A stretch of DNA of 64,000 nt. It comes from Octopus sinensis. Lineage: Eukaryota. How positions within the stretch are numbered: the first letter of the stretch is position 1; the number at the start of each line of letters is the position of its first letter. A program made the position numbers and the translations under genes. The stretch is from positions 114,452,001-114,516,000 of the forward strand of contig NC_042997.1 in NCBI RefSeq assembly GCF_006345805.1, written 5' to 3'. This document shows, one piece after another, positions 1-13,028 of the stretch. Under the pieces are notes generated by a model. The model saw nothing but the letters and a program-made list of their open reading frames with translations, did not search any database and had not been told where the DNA came from.

Positions 1-379
1 ACCTCAGTCTGGTTATGATTTATAAAATTAGATACTATGTCTATTCAATCATTGTGTAATTTTATCTTAAAATTGTTATATGTTTTTATTACTTTATCGT
101 TTAATTAAGGAGATATTGAATCTGATTCATTACCGATCTATAAATGAAGTATAATGTGCTTGAGGATAATTACAAAAGTTTGCTTTCAGAATTATAAACA
201 ATTTTAAAATTCAAATGAAGAAGAAATCTTATATAAACTCTGTTAACCTTTGCAAATCTTTTCAGTGATATTCATTAAAAGATCTCTAAAGATCACAACC
301 TAATCAACAATAACCAAATTTAAGAAGCAACATAATCAATAGGAAAATATTAATAGTAGCATATAAAGAGCTTGATATC

Positions 380-410
<31 letters not shown>

Positions 411-3400
411 TGCGTGCATGCATGTTGTTTTTACTGAGTGAGTATAATTTACTTTTTTATAACAATTTCTTTACAATGATTAGACACTTTATAAACAGTA
501 CAAATTTATTTTTGTTTTACAGATTTTGTTTGCAAGTCTTTCTCACTATACCTCACTTGAATCCACTTTTGAACATCCTTCCTTGTTTCTCCCCGTTGAG
601 TCAATTTTTCTAAGAAACTGCATTTCTACAGAAATCAAGTACATTATATATATACTCTTAATTGGATTTAACTTTTTCTATTTCACAAATCCTAAAGGGA
701 TTTACCCAAAGACCATGAGGAATCTTTTTCCAAGATAAGTGAGTATGTGATGATTATGATGATGATATGGTGTTAAAATGTTGGAATACTGGTCTTCATT
801 TGATCACTAGTTACGCATATACAAACTAATAGAAAAGTAAACCTATCTCCGGTATTTTTGATAGTGATTAGCTAAGGAATGGAACACAGGTATATAAACA
901 CTTGTTATAATAGTTGATATCAATATCTCAATGTACATAACTGTAAGCTGTTTGTCAAGCTCTTTTTCTAAATAGTTTTCAAGAATTTCAAAACAAAAAC
1001 AATTGAATGAATTTTTGCAATCTAAAAACCTCTGAATACTATGATATCATGACCAAAAGACACATTATTAAGGACTTATAAACTATGCTCTCATAACTAC
1101 AGGAAGTATAAACTTGTTCTTTTCAGTTTTTATGGCTACCATATGATAAAACATCTTTATATGTCCAACATAGATTGAACTGTGCCTTATGGTCTGAGTA
1201 AATTTTTATCTGAAGTTATTGCCCTCCTAAATGAACCAGAGACCACTTCTCAGCCATATGTTGCATTTTTTGTATTAGTTACTATGATTAAATAGCAATC
1301 AGATTGTCCTTGGTGTATTTTACTAGGATACCAACACTTGAAAGACTAAAGATTCCTCCCTACTCTATGTTGTCTCTCTTTAAGGTAATGTGACTCAGTG
1401 GATGAATAGAAGAATGAAGACAGAGAGGAAAGCAGGGTGAGAAAAAGTAAAAGGTAAGAATGCAACTGAAAAACAGTGATAGGAGCAAGGGGAGTGATAG
1501 ATGAGGTAATAGAAGAGAGACAGTTGTTACATGCTGGTTGTTGGTATAGAGATTGAATAGGAAAACTGTACTATTGGTGTGATGAGGGAAGAGAAAGTGA
1601 CGAAGGTAGACAGGGTGATAAAAGAAGAGTAATAGAAGTGAGAAAGATAAATGGACAGCAAAAATAAAATATGTCAACAGTGAGTGATAGAAGAGGGAGT
1701 AATGAGAGAGGGTGAATACTAATAAAGATAGGTTATGGAAAGCAAGAGTGTGAGTGATGGGTAACAACAGAGATGGACAATGATAAGAAAGAATGAGTGT
1801 AATTTTAAACACATTCAGCCAAAGTATTTAATAATATATATTCACTATTTTAACAGAAGATATTCAAGATTACACTCTCTATTGCTATTCAAGGAAAAAA
1901 TATTTTATTATTGTCCCTAGATTTTCTAGATGTATTAACTGAAATAATTGAGTCATCAGGTTAGAACATTCCAGTCCTTCACAATGACCCAGCTGTAAGC
2001 TTGTGACTTGATAGGGTGTTTGAAGGCTGTTCACTTGAATTGTATCAACCTGACACCAATACTGTAAGTATTGAAACTAATTACACATTTTAATAGAGAC
2101 ACCCTATTTTCATTATTTGAGTCTACACAGAAGATGACAGCAACAGAAAGGAGAATCCAAGTTCTGTCAGGATCAACTTTGTCACTTTTCGTAAATGAAA
2201 CTAAATACTAGTAAAGTACTGATAGAGCTAATAAACAAATAGAAGACAAAAGGTAAAGCAATGTGTTGAGTGAGGAGGAAATAGGCTTTGATTTTTGAGG
2301 GCACGAAGTTGATAGAATACTAATAAAAACCATGCAACTAGTCTATGAACTACTATTGTGTAATTTGTAAAGGGTGCAGCATATTTCTTGCCCAATCCAG
2401 ACATGCTTTGGGGTACTTTCAGGTATAGTAATTTTTAACAAGTTACAAAGGCCAGTGCTGTTGAGCACCTAGGCCCAAACTACCTAGTGGGTTCCCACCC
2501 ATGTCATGTGTGGATTAGGTTCCTTAAATGTTTTTCATGTTTTTAATCAACTTTTATCTTGTTTTAATTACTGTGTTTTATATAATTTTATTTTCTATGC
2601 TTTTCTCAGTTTTTTTCTTTTAATATGTTCATTGAATAATGGCCTTTCCATCCCCTTGTATTTATATAACTGTCTTATCAACTTGTACATGGTTTGTAAC
2701 CCATACCCATGTTTTAACATTTATTGGATGTATGTACAAAACCTTGTGAAGAATGACTATTATTATTAAAAATAATGAAGTGATAGTAATGATAGAAAAG
2801 TCACATTCTTCAAATTTTCAACCTCACCAGGATCAACCTTGCATTTCATGCTTCCATGTTTGATAAAACAAGTACCAGTTATATACTGAAATAAATTAAT
2901 TTGACTATATTCCTCTACGAATGTGCGGTCTTGCACCAAAGTTAAAAACTAATGTACTGTTGCTACTGCCATCACCACCAGTACCTTCATCAAAACCACT
3001 GGAAAAGCCTGTATATGCTTGCCTGAATTGATAGAAATAACATCTGAGTGTCCCTTAAATTACTGTCTTGGATAGTGTAGTTTTGAGATATTATTTTCTA
3101 GGAAAACAGATGGGATGGTAACTGCTACAATGTCTTTAATGATGTTTGTTCAATCAGAACAGACATTGGGCAAAATAATATTACTTTCTCAAAATAGTTT
3201 TTCAAATCTTTTTTTTTTACTTGACTATATCCTTCCTACCATTAATTTGAATATATTTAGAATCTTGTTTTATTTCTTTTTTCCGATAATCCTTTAAAGT
3301 CAAATTAGAGATTTAATTATAAAATCTAAGACACTAAAGAGATTATCTGTTCATTATTTTGAAACCTGTTGCCAAAGCAATTGACTACAACTTCAGGTGT

Positions 3401-4507
3401 CTTAAAGGTGTCTTTCATTGATTTGTAAAGCACTTCAATAGAATCCAGGTATTTATTTTACTGACACTGTTGGAACAAAAGGATGTCAAATCTACTTAAG
3501 TTCAAACTAGGAACTGATGGAAATCAACATTCCAGCACAAAGACTGTGCTATGAAATCCTACTATCTTTCATTTAAATAATAAAAATTACTAAATTTCCT
3601 TTCACTCAAATACACCTAAAATAATTCCTTTCCCAAGAAATTGAAAGCTGGCCCACCACATACTTGATATGTCAATTATGCTCATATATGAACATGTATA
3701 ACAGGGGACATAAAGGTGGTGAAGGATAGAAAAAATAACTTGTAATAGATAGAAAAAAAATTTCAAAGAAATTTGAGATATAAGTTTATCAAACTAAACT
3801 GATAAAAATACAGTTAACCCTTTCATATTTAAACTGGCCATATCAGACCAGTCATGTCCCTTTGTCACTTATTCTAGTTATAGAATTTATCTTTCACACC
3901 TCTGTACTTTATTTTATCAATCTCAGGGGAATGAAAAGTAAAATCAATTTTGGTAGAACCTGAACTAAGAATGTAAAGAGACAGCTAAATATGACAGAGT
4001 GGACAGCTATTCTACTGATCTGGCCAATATTGATAAAATACAAATTTACAGAATGGCTTACAATATCAAGTTTATGGTATCAAACAAAATCCTTAAAACA
4101 GCATTTAATTATACTATTGGTTCAAAATCTGCTAATATGCATTGCTACTCAGAGCAAGGAATTCTACAGTAAGTACTTACTAGAAAAGAAATACCAGATC
4201 ATTTTAAAAAATAGTTGGTAAGGCCATAAAATATTTTCCATTGGAAGATGAACCTCAAGTCAACCCATAACACATGAGTAAAATTGGGTGAATGGAAACT
4301 GAGTATAAGACTGTCAAATGGATTGTACCTGTAATTCAAAGAGTTCAGCTTCATCTCATACCTGTGTAACGTTCACTGTGCATCAGAATTTTACATTAAA
4401 GATACGTGTCTGTGGAATATTCAACCATTTGCATTCATTGAACCTGGCAGGCAGTTCAGTTGATTGAACACTCATGGGTGGAAAATCTGACCAAGGTCTT
4501 TCTCTGT

Positions 4508-4790
4508 ATCATCACTTAAAGTCCACTTTCCATGCTGGCATGGGTTGGACAGTTTGACTGAGAACTGGCAAGCCAGAAGGCTGCACCAGACTCTAAATCT
4601 GATCTGGCAAGGTTTCTACGGCTAAAAGGTCTTCCTAAATCCAACCACTCCGAGAGTGTAGTAGGTGCTTTTTACGTGCCACCGGCACAAGGGCCAGTCA
4701 GGCGGTACTGGCATCGACCATGCTCGTATGGTGCTTTTTACATGCTACCGGCACGGGAGCCAGTCAGGCAGCAATGACCATGCACGGAAG
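4508..4790 (-). mobile_element. Repeat family C (5'-truncated RTE-LINE 3' UTR/tail)
   Basis: Matches other copies (ttccatgctggcatgggttggac...cttcctaa..ccaaccactccgagagtgtagt..gtgctttttacgtgccaccggcac); see 32980-33772 for the link to an RTE ORF end. Confidence 0.7.
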
Positions 4791-5147
4791 TCCTTATTTA
4801 TCAGTTAAGTGTGACCAACAATGTAAATATGTCTCCTGCAGGCCTATGCAAGTATACACACACACGTTTGCACTCACCTTCTTCACCAACACTGCAGTAA
4901 CAATCCACTTACGACCACCCCTGATTCTATGATACAAACATCCTGTTTTAAAATCATTTTAAAATATGTCACTAAAATTTCCTGTTAATTTGTGCTCCAA
5001 AATCCAGTTTAATAAGAATAGTTATTTTACTAAATTCTTCACTATTTTCAAAATTACTTGAAACCAAGGTGAGGTATTCCTACAGAAATATGGTAACAAA
5101 GGAGTTACTGTGATCTAAATTAAAACCTTCCATCATAATTTCATATA

Positions 5148-5384
5148 TTATCCAAAATGTATAGTATTAAATATCCATCACAGCTGATCTTACCAATCAG
5201 TTTTGTGTAAAGAATACAATGGAGTGTTAGGTAATGATTTGATTATATAACTTGACACTCATCAGAGTTAGCTCACCAAAGTTATATAATTGGATCATTA
5301 CATAACACTCCATTGTATTCTTTACATGAAGCCGATTGGCAAGATCAGCCGCAATGGATATTTGATACTATACATTGCAGATAA
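5148..5384. repeat. Imperfect inverted repeat (~105-bp arms, 25-bp loop)
   Basis: 5148-5253 is the reverse complement of 5279-5384 with scattered mismatches; the loop reads CTGATGA on the minus strand. Confidence 0.85.
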
Positions 5385-5455
5385 TACACCCACTCTACTG
5401 ACATATACGAGTGCATCTTTTCACCAACTTATGGTCTCTTAGACGACTAACATGT

Positions 5456-5488
<33 letters not shown>

Positions 5489-6359
5489 AATAATACACAC
5501 ACACACAAAACAAAATGACAATAGTATACGTTGTTCTTCAATACAAGAACCAAATAAATAAATATTTTATTTGGATTCTAATAAATTGAAGAACAAATAT
5601 GAATCTTGAGAATCAGTAATACTTCACCAAAAATTGTACAAAGAGAAATTTATTCAGTAAATTTTTCTTCTGTGCAAATTCAGAAATTTAAAAATATTTA
5701 AAAAATGCTGTCCCTTTGTTCACCATGGATATAAAAATACAAATGAAATTCTTTCTAAACCTTTCTTGAAATAACACACAGGGGAAAAGATATTCTGAAT
5801 AGAACAGTTAAACCTTACTAAGTAGGTTAACCAGTCTGTTTGAAGAAAGCAAAGCAGATAGCTTTCAAGCAAGTAGACAAGTAGACTAATAAAAGAACCT
5901 TGTATCAACATTATTTGACAACAGCTGGATTTGACAGGTCAGTTCTAAATACTTAAAAATCATTTGTGTGTGACAAACCTTGTACTCCAATGCCACTGTT
6001 TTTTTTACTTGCAAGCAAACTACATTTTTCTTCCCTGAAAACTAATCATTTATCACTTTTGCATTTCATAAAGACTTGTCAATAAATACATCATTTAATT
6101 TCGACAAGTTAAAGGATCTTCTCACGAAATAGTAGAGAATTAAATGACAATATCACAAAATCACAATGCAGTAAAACAGTTATTGGCCCAGTAGGTTTCT
6201 CCTTCATTTGAAATGTCCAACATGGCTAGAAAGTAATGTATGCTTAAATATCTCAAGGAAGGAAGGAAATAGAGGAAAATATAAACCCCAAAGACAGCCA
6301 AAATGGTAATACATATCTCATATGTTAAATAACATTAATAATCATGAATATGTAATAAT

Positions 6360-6828
6360 TACATTATTTACATTTGACGAATATTTGTCCTCATCTTGTT
6401 TGTTGTTAACATTTCAGCTGATATACCCTCCAGCCTTCTTCAGGTGTCTTGGAGAAATTTCGAACCTGGGTTCTCATTCCTAAGGTATTTTTCGGTGTTA
6501 TTATTATTATCATCATTCAGGTCACTGCCTGGAATTGAACTCGGAATCTTGGGATTAGTAGCCTGAGCTCTTAACCACTAGGCCCACAGGCATATGGCAT
6601 AGTGGTTAAGAGTGCAGGCTACTAACCCCAAGATTCTGAGTTCAATTCCAGACAGTGACCTGAATGATAATAATGATAACAATAACATTGAAAAATATCT
6701 TAGGAATGAGAACCCAGGTTTGAAATTTTCCCAAAACACCTGATGAAGGCTGGAGGGTATATCAGCCGAAATGTTGTGTTAACAACAAACAAGATGAGGA
6801 CAAATATCCGTCAAATGTAAGTAATGTA
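6360..6828. mobile_element. Head-to-head inverted dimer of a tRNA-derived SINE-like element with a hammerhead-like tail
   Basis: Arms 6360-6580 and 6600-6828 are reverse complements. The right copy has A-box tggcatagtgg (6595-6605), B-box gagttcaattcc (6638-6649), an (AAT)-rich linker and an HHR motif at 6735-6780. Confidence 0.8.
6735..6780 (+). ncRNA. Minimal type-I hammerhead ribozyme motif (slightly decayed)
   Basis: aacac-CTGATGA-a-ggctg(gagggtatat)cagcc-GAAA-tg-TT-gtgtt; stems I and II pair; stem III probably CpG-decayed from aacgtt. Confidence 0.7.
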
Positions 6829-7347
6829 CATATAGAACTGTATTATGCTTTAATTAGTTGTTAAAATAGTTAACCAATTGAAATAAAAATAAAGTGAAAT
6901 ATAACCAATGCATGAGTTTATTATTGGCATAATGACTCCCTCGAGATCCAACAAAATCCATTTCAACACAGGTTCAAATCAAGAATCTTGTAAACCAAAT
7001 ACAAAAAGGAAAGGTTTTATTGAAATTCTCCAGTAAGATAATTTCATTAACTTGCTGTATTAATATTTTCAAATATTAATTTTAAACCATAGTTATAAAC
7101 AGAAAATTACATTGGTGAAGTATGATATGCTAGTTAATTTCCAGTTCTGTTTATGCTAGTAATGTGGCAAGACAAAATATATTTATACAGTAAATGAAGT
7201 ATATAAAATTATTATACATTATATATTACTGATATATTCCATTTTCAATAAACTACAATCACCAACAAACAAATGGATGGAATGTATTGCTTTTTCACCT
7301 TGTTTTTCTACACAAAATTGTCTTAATTGCCTGAATGTATATATAAA

Positions 7348-8597
7348 CACAGACACGACAGAAGTAAATAGACACCATCAAACATCCTTTTATGTTTATT
7401 TTAACTTGTAATTGTTTATATTTTTTATTAATTGACATTTTTATGTTTCAGGTTCTATATATGACTGTTTGATAATGCCATGTACAGAAGAAACTTTGGA
7501 ACTGTCTGAATTTCAAAGAGGCTGTATTGTGGGTCATTCTGAAGGTGGACATAGTCAGTGTAAAATTGCAGAAAACCTTGAGATCCTGCTTTCTACAGTT
7601 AATAGAGTGATTGTGCAATTCACCAGAGAGGGGAAAGAGGGCACATCACCTGACCCAGATCAACCAGGGCCCTCTGACAGGACCCTTCTCTTTGCTAAGG
7701 GAAGTGTGGAGGATAATCCTCATTGCAAGGCCTCTGACAAAGCAGAACAAGTTGATATCAGTCTCAGAACAGCTGTTAGGTATCTCCATAAATTTGGTTA
7801 CTATGGCAGAGCAGCAAGAAGGAAGCCACTTCTTTGACCAGCCAACATCAAGCAGAGAAAAGATTAGGCCAGTGAGATGGGGGAGAGGCCACTAGCATTT
7901 TGGGATACTGTCATATTCTCTGATGAGTCCAGATTTGCTGTATTTCCTGACAGTGGTCGAGTGTGGGTCTGGAGACCCTGTGATCAAGAATTTGATGTGA
8001 AAAGATAGCAGCCAATAATGAAACATGGCAGCTGTTCTGTGATGGTCTGGGGAGCAATCTGGAGCAATGGTTGATCAGAGCTGGTGGAGTGTGAGGAAAA
8101 CGTAAACTCAGATAAATATGTATCCATATTGCAGAAAGGACCCCTTCCAATCTTTTCCAGTGATGAAATGATTAAAGAAGACTATTTATGGAAGATGGGG
8201 CTCCTTGTCACATAGCTAAAATGACTCAAGATTTGTTGGATGAGAATGGCATTAAAAAGCTTCCATGGCCAAGCCAGTCACCAGATATGAACCCTATTGA
8301 ACACCTCTGGGACATAATGGACAGGACACTTCATAAAAAGAACAAGAAAGCATCTTCAAAGCCAGATCTTTTGAAATTACAGCATGAAACTTGGCAAGAA
8401 ATTTCACAAAAGTATATTCATCATCTAATCAGTAACATGCCTAATAAGGTCCTTACATTGAAAAATGCAAAAAGCATATCTACTAAATATTAATTATTCA
8501 CATTATAACAATTAATACATAATTTGAATGTATAATTTCAGATTTAAATAAATTTTAATGATTATAAGGGTATCTGTTTACTTCTGTTATGTCTGTG
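7348..8597 (+). mobile_element. Tc1/mariner (Tc1, DD34E) DNA transposon, full-length but decayed
   Basis: 29-bp TIRs at 7348-7376 (cacagacacgacagaagtaaatagacacc) and 8569-8597, 4 mismatches; internal transposase remnant. Confidence 0.92.
7475..8493 (+). pseudogene. Tc1 transposase pseudogene
   Basis: N-terminal HTH ([12 protein letters not shown]...IAENL), ARRKPLL, VIFSDES, EDGAPCH and WPSQSPDMNPIEHLW with 34 aa between the second D and E; stops and frameshifts break the frame. Confidence 0.92.
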
Positions 8598-8891
8598 CAC
8601 ATATGTATGGTTAAGATTCGTGGAAGTTGATTTTGCATTTTACAATCAAGGATAACACAGAAAATTAGGGTCCTCAAAATGGTTGTGTGTGTGTGTGACC
8701 AGGCACCAATACATGTCTGGAAGAATTCATAGAGTTATTTAAAAATTGAACCATTACATCTATTTTTTTTTCTTTTGCCATTGATATCACATTGTCAAGT
8801 GTGTACATCATTCTAGTTTCTTCCTCCTTTTAATCTTTACTTGAATACAAGAGAGTAATCAACAATGCAAAAGATTGAGTGACACTACCTC

Positions 8892-9020
8892 TCATCATCA
8901 TTTAATGTCCAGTTTCCATGCTGACATACATTGGACGGTTTGACAGGAGCTGGCAAGCCAGAAAACTGCACCAGGCTTCACTACCTGTTTTGGCATGATT
9001 TTTACAGTTGGATGCTCTTC
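8892..9020 (-). mobile_element. Family C RTE tail fragment
   Basis: (cat)n-ttaatgtcc...ccatgctg...tggatgctcttc. Confidence 0.6.
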
Positions 9021-9570
9021 TTATCATCAATTTGAATACTTATTTTACTCGCCAAAGAGGAGTGAAACCATGTCCAGACTTAGAGCTCTAAGGACACCAC
9101 TTCTATCAACTGATTCACTCTTCTTTTTAAAGAATTAACATTTTAGAAGTTAGTAATATCAATTAAATGCTATCATATTTGATGCCACATTTTAAAGCCA
9201 GTATGTGATGAATAATAGTTCAAAATTATTATTTACTAACTATTCTCATTATCCACCCAACAATCCATTAAATCCAATTCTGATCACCTTAACTATCCAA
9301 ATCTAAATATTGGTATTCTTTCATAGTTTCCATTAATTCTACAAATTATTAAATAAAATTATAGCTTAATTTTCAATTTCTATTAAACTGATGAGTTTAT
9401 ATACAAAATCAGACAAATCAAATTAAATTCAAACTTATAGTAGGTTTTTTCTAATGATATATATATATACATATACACATATATATATACATATATATAT
9501 ATACATATATATATATATACATTATATACACACATTATATATATATATACATATATATATATATACACAC

Positions 9571-9601
<31 letters not shown>

Positions 9602-9791
9602 CACACATATATATATATATACATATATATATAGCCACATATATACACACATATATATATATACATATATATATACACACATATATACACACACACATAT
9701 ATACACACATTATATATATATATCACATATATATATATATATATAGATATATATACACACACATATATATACACACACAATATATACACAC

Positions 9792-9861
<70 letters not shown>

Positions 9862-9899
9862 TATATACACAACACACAGTATATATCTGTATATAATAT

Positions 9900-10113
9900 A
9901 TTCAGCATGTTTACTTCGTAAAAACCAGTCGCGTTTTTTTTCCTCCGTTCGCCCACCTCGGGATCTTTCTTTCTTCCTTCTCTTATGTTTCTGACGAAGA
10001 GCTCCGCTCGAAACGTATACCCTCCTTCTTCCCATTTTCCTGAGCGCCTAATAATAATACTTTAATTGTTCCACGTGTTGTTGTTTTTACTGTTTTCCCG
10101 TTTGGATTAACCT
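9900..10113 (+). mobile_element. Penelope-like terminal (pLTR-type) fragment with hammerhead motif, inserted in (TA)n
   Basis: CTGACGA-a-gagc(tcc)gctc-GAAA-cgTA at 9991-10017; pyrimidine-rich flanks; (TA)n on both sides; a similar degenerate segment lies at ~48570-48720 downstream of a GIY-YIG remnant. Confidence 0.65.
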
Positions 10114-11020
10114 TATATATATATATATATATATGATATTTGATATTTGATTTGGATGTATTCTCCATTTTCTTATCTTGTATTAGTAATTTGTGGTAAA
10201 TCATTTTACCTTTGCCCATATAATACAGTAAATGAATTGATTGCATCGCAATCCTTAACATTTATGTATTAACTTTGTTGGGTACTTCACTAGCAGTATA
10301 TTGGATATATGTTATTCCATGGAGGGTTGCATTTACAACCCCCTCTCAATTTGTAATATATATATATATTATAATACACACACACACATATATATATATA
10401 TTACACATATAATATATATATAATATATATAAAAACAATATTATATATATATATACATATTATTATATATATATACACATATTATATCATATATATATAT
10501 ACATATATATATATATAATACAAACATATATATATATATATATACACATATATATATTATATATATAATACCACACATATATATATATATATATACACAC
10601 ACATATATATATATTATATATATATCACACACACACATATATATATATATACACACCCACACATATATATATTATATATATATACACACATATATATATA
10701 TATATGTCTATATATTATACACTATATATATATATATACACACATATATATATATATACACACATATATACCACACATACACATATATATTATACACATA
10801 TATATATATAATAATATATTATATATATATAATATAATATAACACCACACAATATATATATATATATATATCACCCACACACATATATATATATACACCA
10901 CACATATATAATATATACACACACACACACACATATATATAGATATATATATATATACACACATACACATATAATATATATTATATATATACACACATAT
11001 ATATATATATTTAAAATTTT

Positions 11021-11328
11021 GGCAGGTAAAAAGACCAATCCGATCGTGGCCATTGCCAGCCTCGCCTGGCCCCTGTGCCGGTGGCACGTAAAAAGCACCA
11101 TCCATCCGTGGCCGTTTGCCAGCTCCGTCTGGCACCTGTGCGGGTGGCACGTAAAAAGCACCCACTACAGTCACGGAGTGGTTGGCGTTAGGAAGGGCAT
11201 CCAGCTGTAGAAACACTGCCAGATCAGACTGGGCCTGATGCAGCCTTCTGGCTTCACAGACCCCAGTTGAACCGTCCAACCCATGCTAGCATGGAAAGCG
11301 GACGCTAAATGATGATGATGATGATGAT
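11021..11328 (+). mobile_element. Family C RTE-LINE 3' end, young copy with (GAT)n tail
   Basis: gtgccggtggcacgtaaaaagcacc internal repeats, ggttggcgttaggaagggcatccagctgtagaaac, ends in (gat)6. Confidence 0.8.
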
Positions 11329-11468
11329 ATATATATAGATATATATATACACATAACACATATATATAATATATACACACCATATATATATATAACACAT
11401 ATTATAGATATATACACATATATATAATATATATATATATATATATCTAGATATATATATATACACAC

Positions 11469-11518
<50 letters not shown>

Positions 11519-11523
11519 CACAT

Positions 11524-11567
<44 letters not shown>

Positions 11568-11570
11568 ATT

Positions 11571-11616
<46 letters not shown>

Positions 11617-11623
11617 CACCCAC

Positions 11624-11680
<57 letters not shown>

Positions 11681-11795
11681 TATATATATACACAATATAT
11701 AATATATATATACATATATATATATATACACATATTATATATACACATATATATATATATACACACATATAATATATAACCACATATATATATAT

Positions 11796-11836
<41 letters not shown>

Positions 11837-12287
11837 TATATATACACATATATATATATAATATATATACACATATATATATATATACACATATATATAT
11901 ATATATATATAACAATATATATATAATATACACATATATATATTATATACACATATATAATATATATAACACATATATATATACATATATATATACACAT
12001 ATATATATACACACACATACATATATATAATACACATAATATATATAATATATATAGGTATACTAATATATATATATTATATACATGCAAATTATATATA
12101 TTATATATACACAACACACACATAGATAATATAGGCATGTATATATTATATATATATATATATAATATACATGCACATATAATATATATATACACACACA
12201 CACACACATATATATATATATGCACACACACATATATACACACACACACACCACACACCACACACATATATATATACACACACACAC

Positions 12288-12316
<29 letters not shown>

Positions 12317-12318
<2 letters not shown>

Positions 12319-13028
12319 TCGAATATAAATTAGAAGCAGCTTGAGGTATATAAACAAAATCAAACACACATACATAAGGTGTGTGTGTTGTTAATTTGTG
12401 GGATGGTTGTATTTTAGGTGCAAGAGAATATATTCTCAATGTGCCTGGTGTCAAATACACCTGAAAGTAAGTCATAGGCAAGCAAGTCAACTCACATCAG
12501 GTCCCCTCCCAGAGGGGCAGACATCAATGTTTCGTCGTCATTTTGACTTATCAATGCCACATACCAAACAAAGCATACTGCAAGCTATATTGCTGACTAT
12601 GACTATATGCTAAATGGTTTAAAACCCATCTGCTGCCATGTATCAATGTTTCATGCCATGGAAAAAAATTCAAATATGAATTAGAAGCAGCTTCAGATAT
12701 ATAAAACAAATCGAACTCACATACACAAGCTATGTGTGTTGTTAGTTCATCGTTGGCTGTGTTTAAGGCATAAAAGAATATATTCTTAATGTGTTTGGTG
12801 TTAAAAACACGTGAAAGTAAGTCATAGGCAAGTGAGTCAACTCACATCAGGCCCCTTCCCAGAGTGACAGACATCAATATTTCGTCATTGTTGTGACTTT
12901 CTGATGCCACTTACAGAACAAGATTTGCTGCAAGTTTTTCCGAATTTTTTCCACAGCACAAAACTTTGGGGCATGCCAGCAGATGGTTTTTAAATCATTT
13001 ATCATATAGTCATAGTCAGTAATATAGC
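12317..13028. mobile_element. Diverged ~350-bp tandem dimer plus inverted tail, with degenerate HHR-like motifs
   Basis: ~12317-12670 is repeated at ~12668-12934; ~12938-13028 is the reverse complement of ~12582-12672; HHR-like motifs on the minus strand at 12520-12558 and 12870-12908. Confidence 0.7.

Larger units (their letters stand above)
9457..12317. repeat. ~2.9-kb compound (TA)n/(CA)n low-complexity tract with embedded insertions
   Basis: Visible directly; source of all YI/CV-type ORFs; interrupted at ~9900-10115, ~10135-10355 and ~11020-11328. Confidence 0.95.

Noticed and set aside
1360-1812. 150-aa hydrophobic ORF
   Set aside because: Low-complexity purine/pyrimidine-skewed sequence with no recognisable motif
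3367-3466. Possible minus-strand exon (SVNKYLDSIEVLYKSMKDTF...); similar candidates near 5970-6035, 18041-18075 and 62685-62820
   Set aside because: Splice-like signals and short open frames occur by chance in AT-rich DNA; no recognisable homology
6588-6660. Functional tRNA gene
   Set aside because: Acceptor and anticodon stems pair poorly and it is fused to a repeat tail; treated as a SINE head
7920-7930. CTGATGA possible hammerhead core
   Set aside because: Encodes the SDES catalytic motif of the Tc1 transposase; no stem II/GAAA arrangement
9383-12490. Many long ORFs (up to 268 aa) rich in Y/I/C/V
   Set aside because: Translations of (TA)n/(CA)n microsatellites that lack stop codons; the same applies to 44911-45286 and 51915-52579
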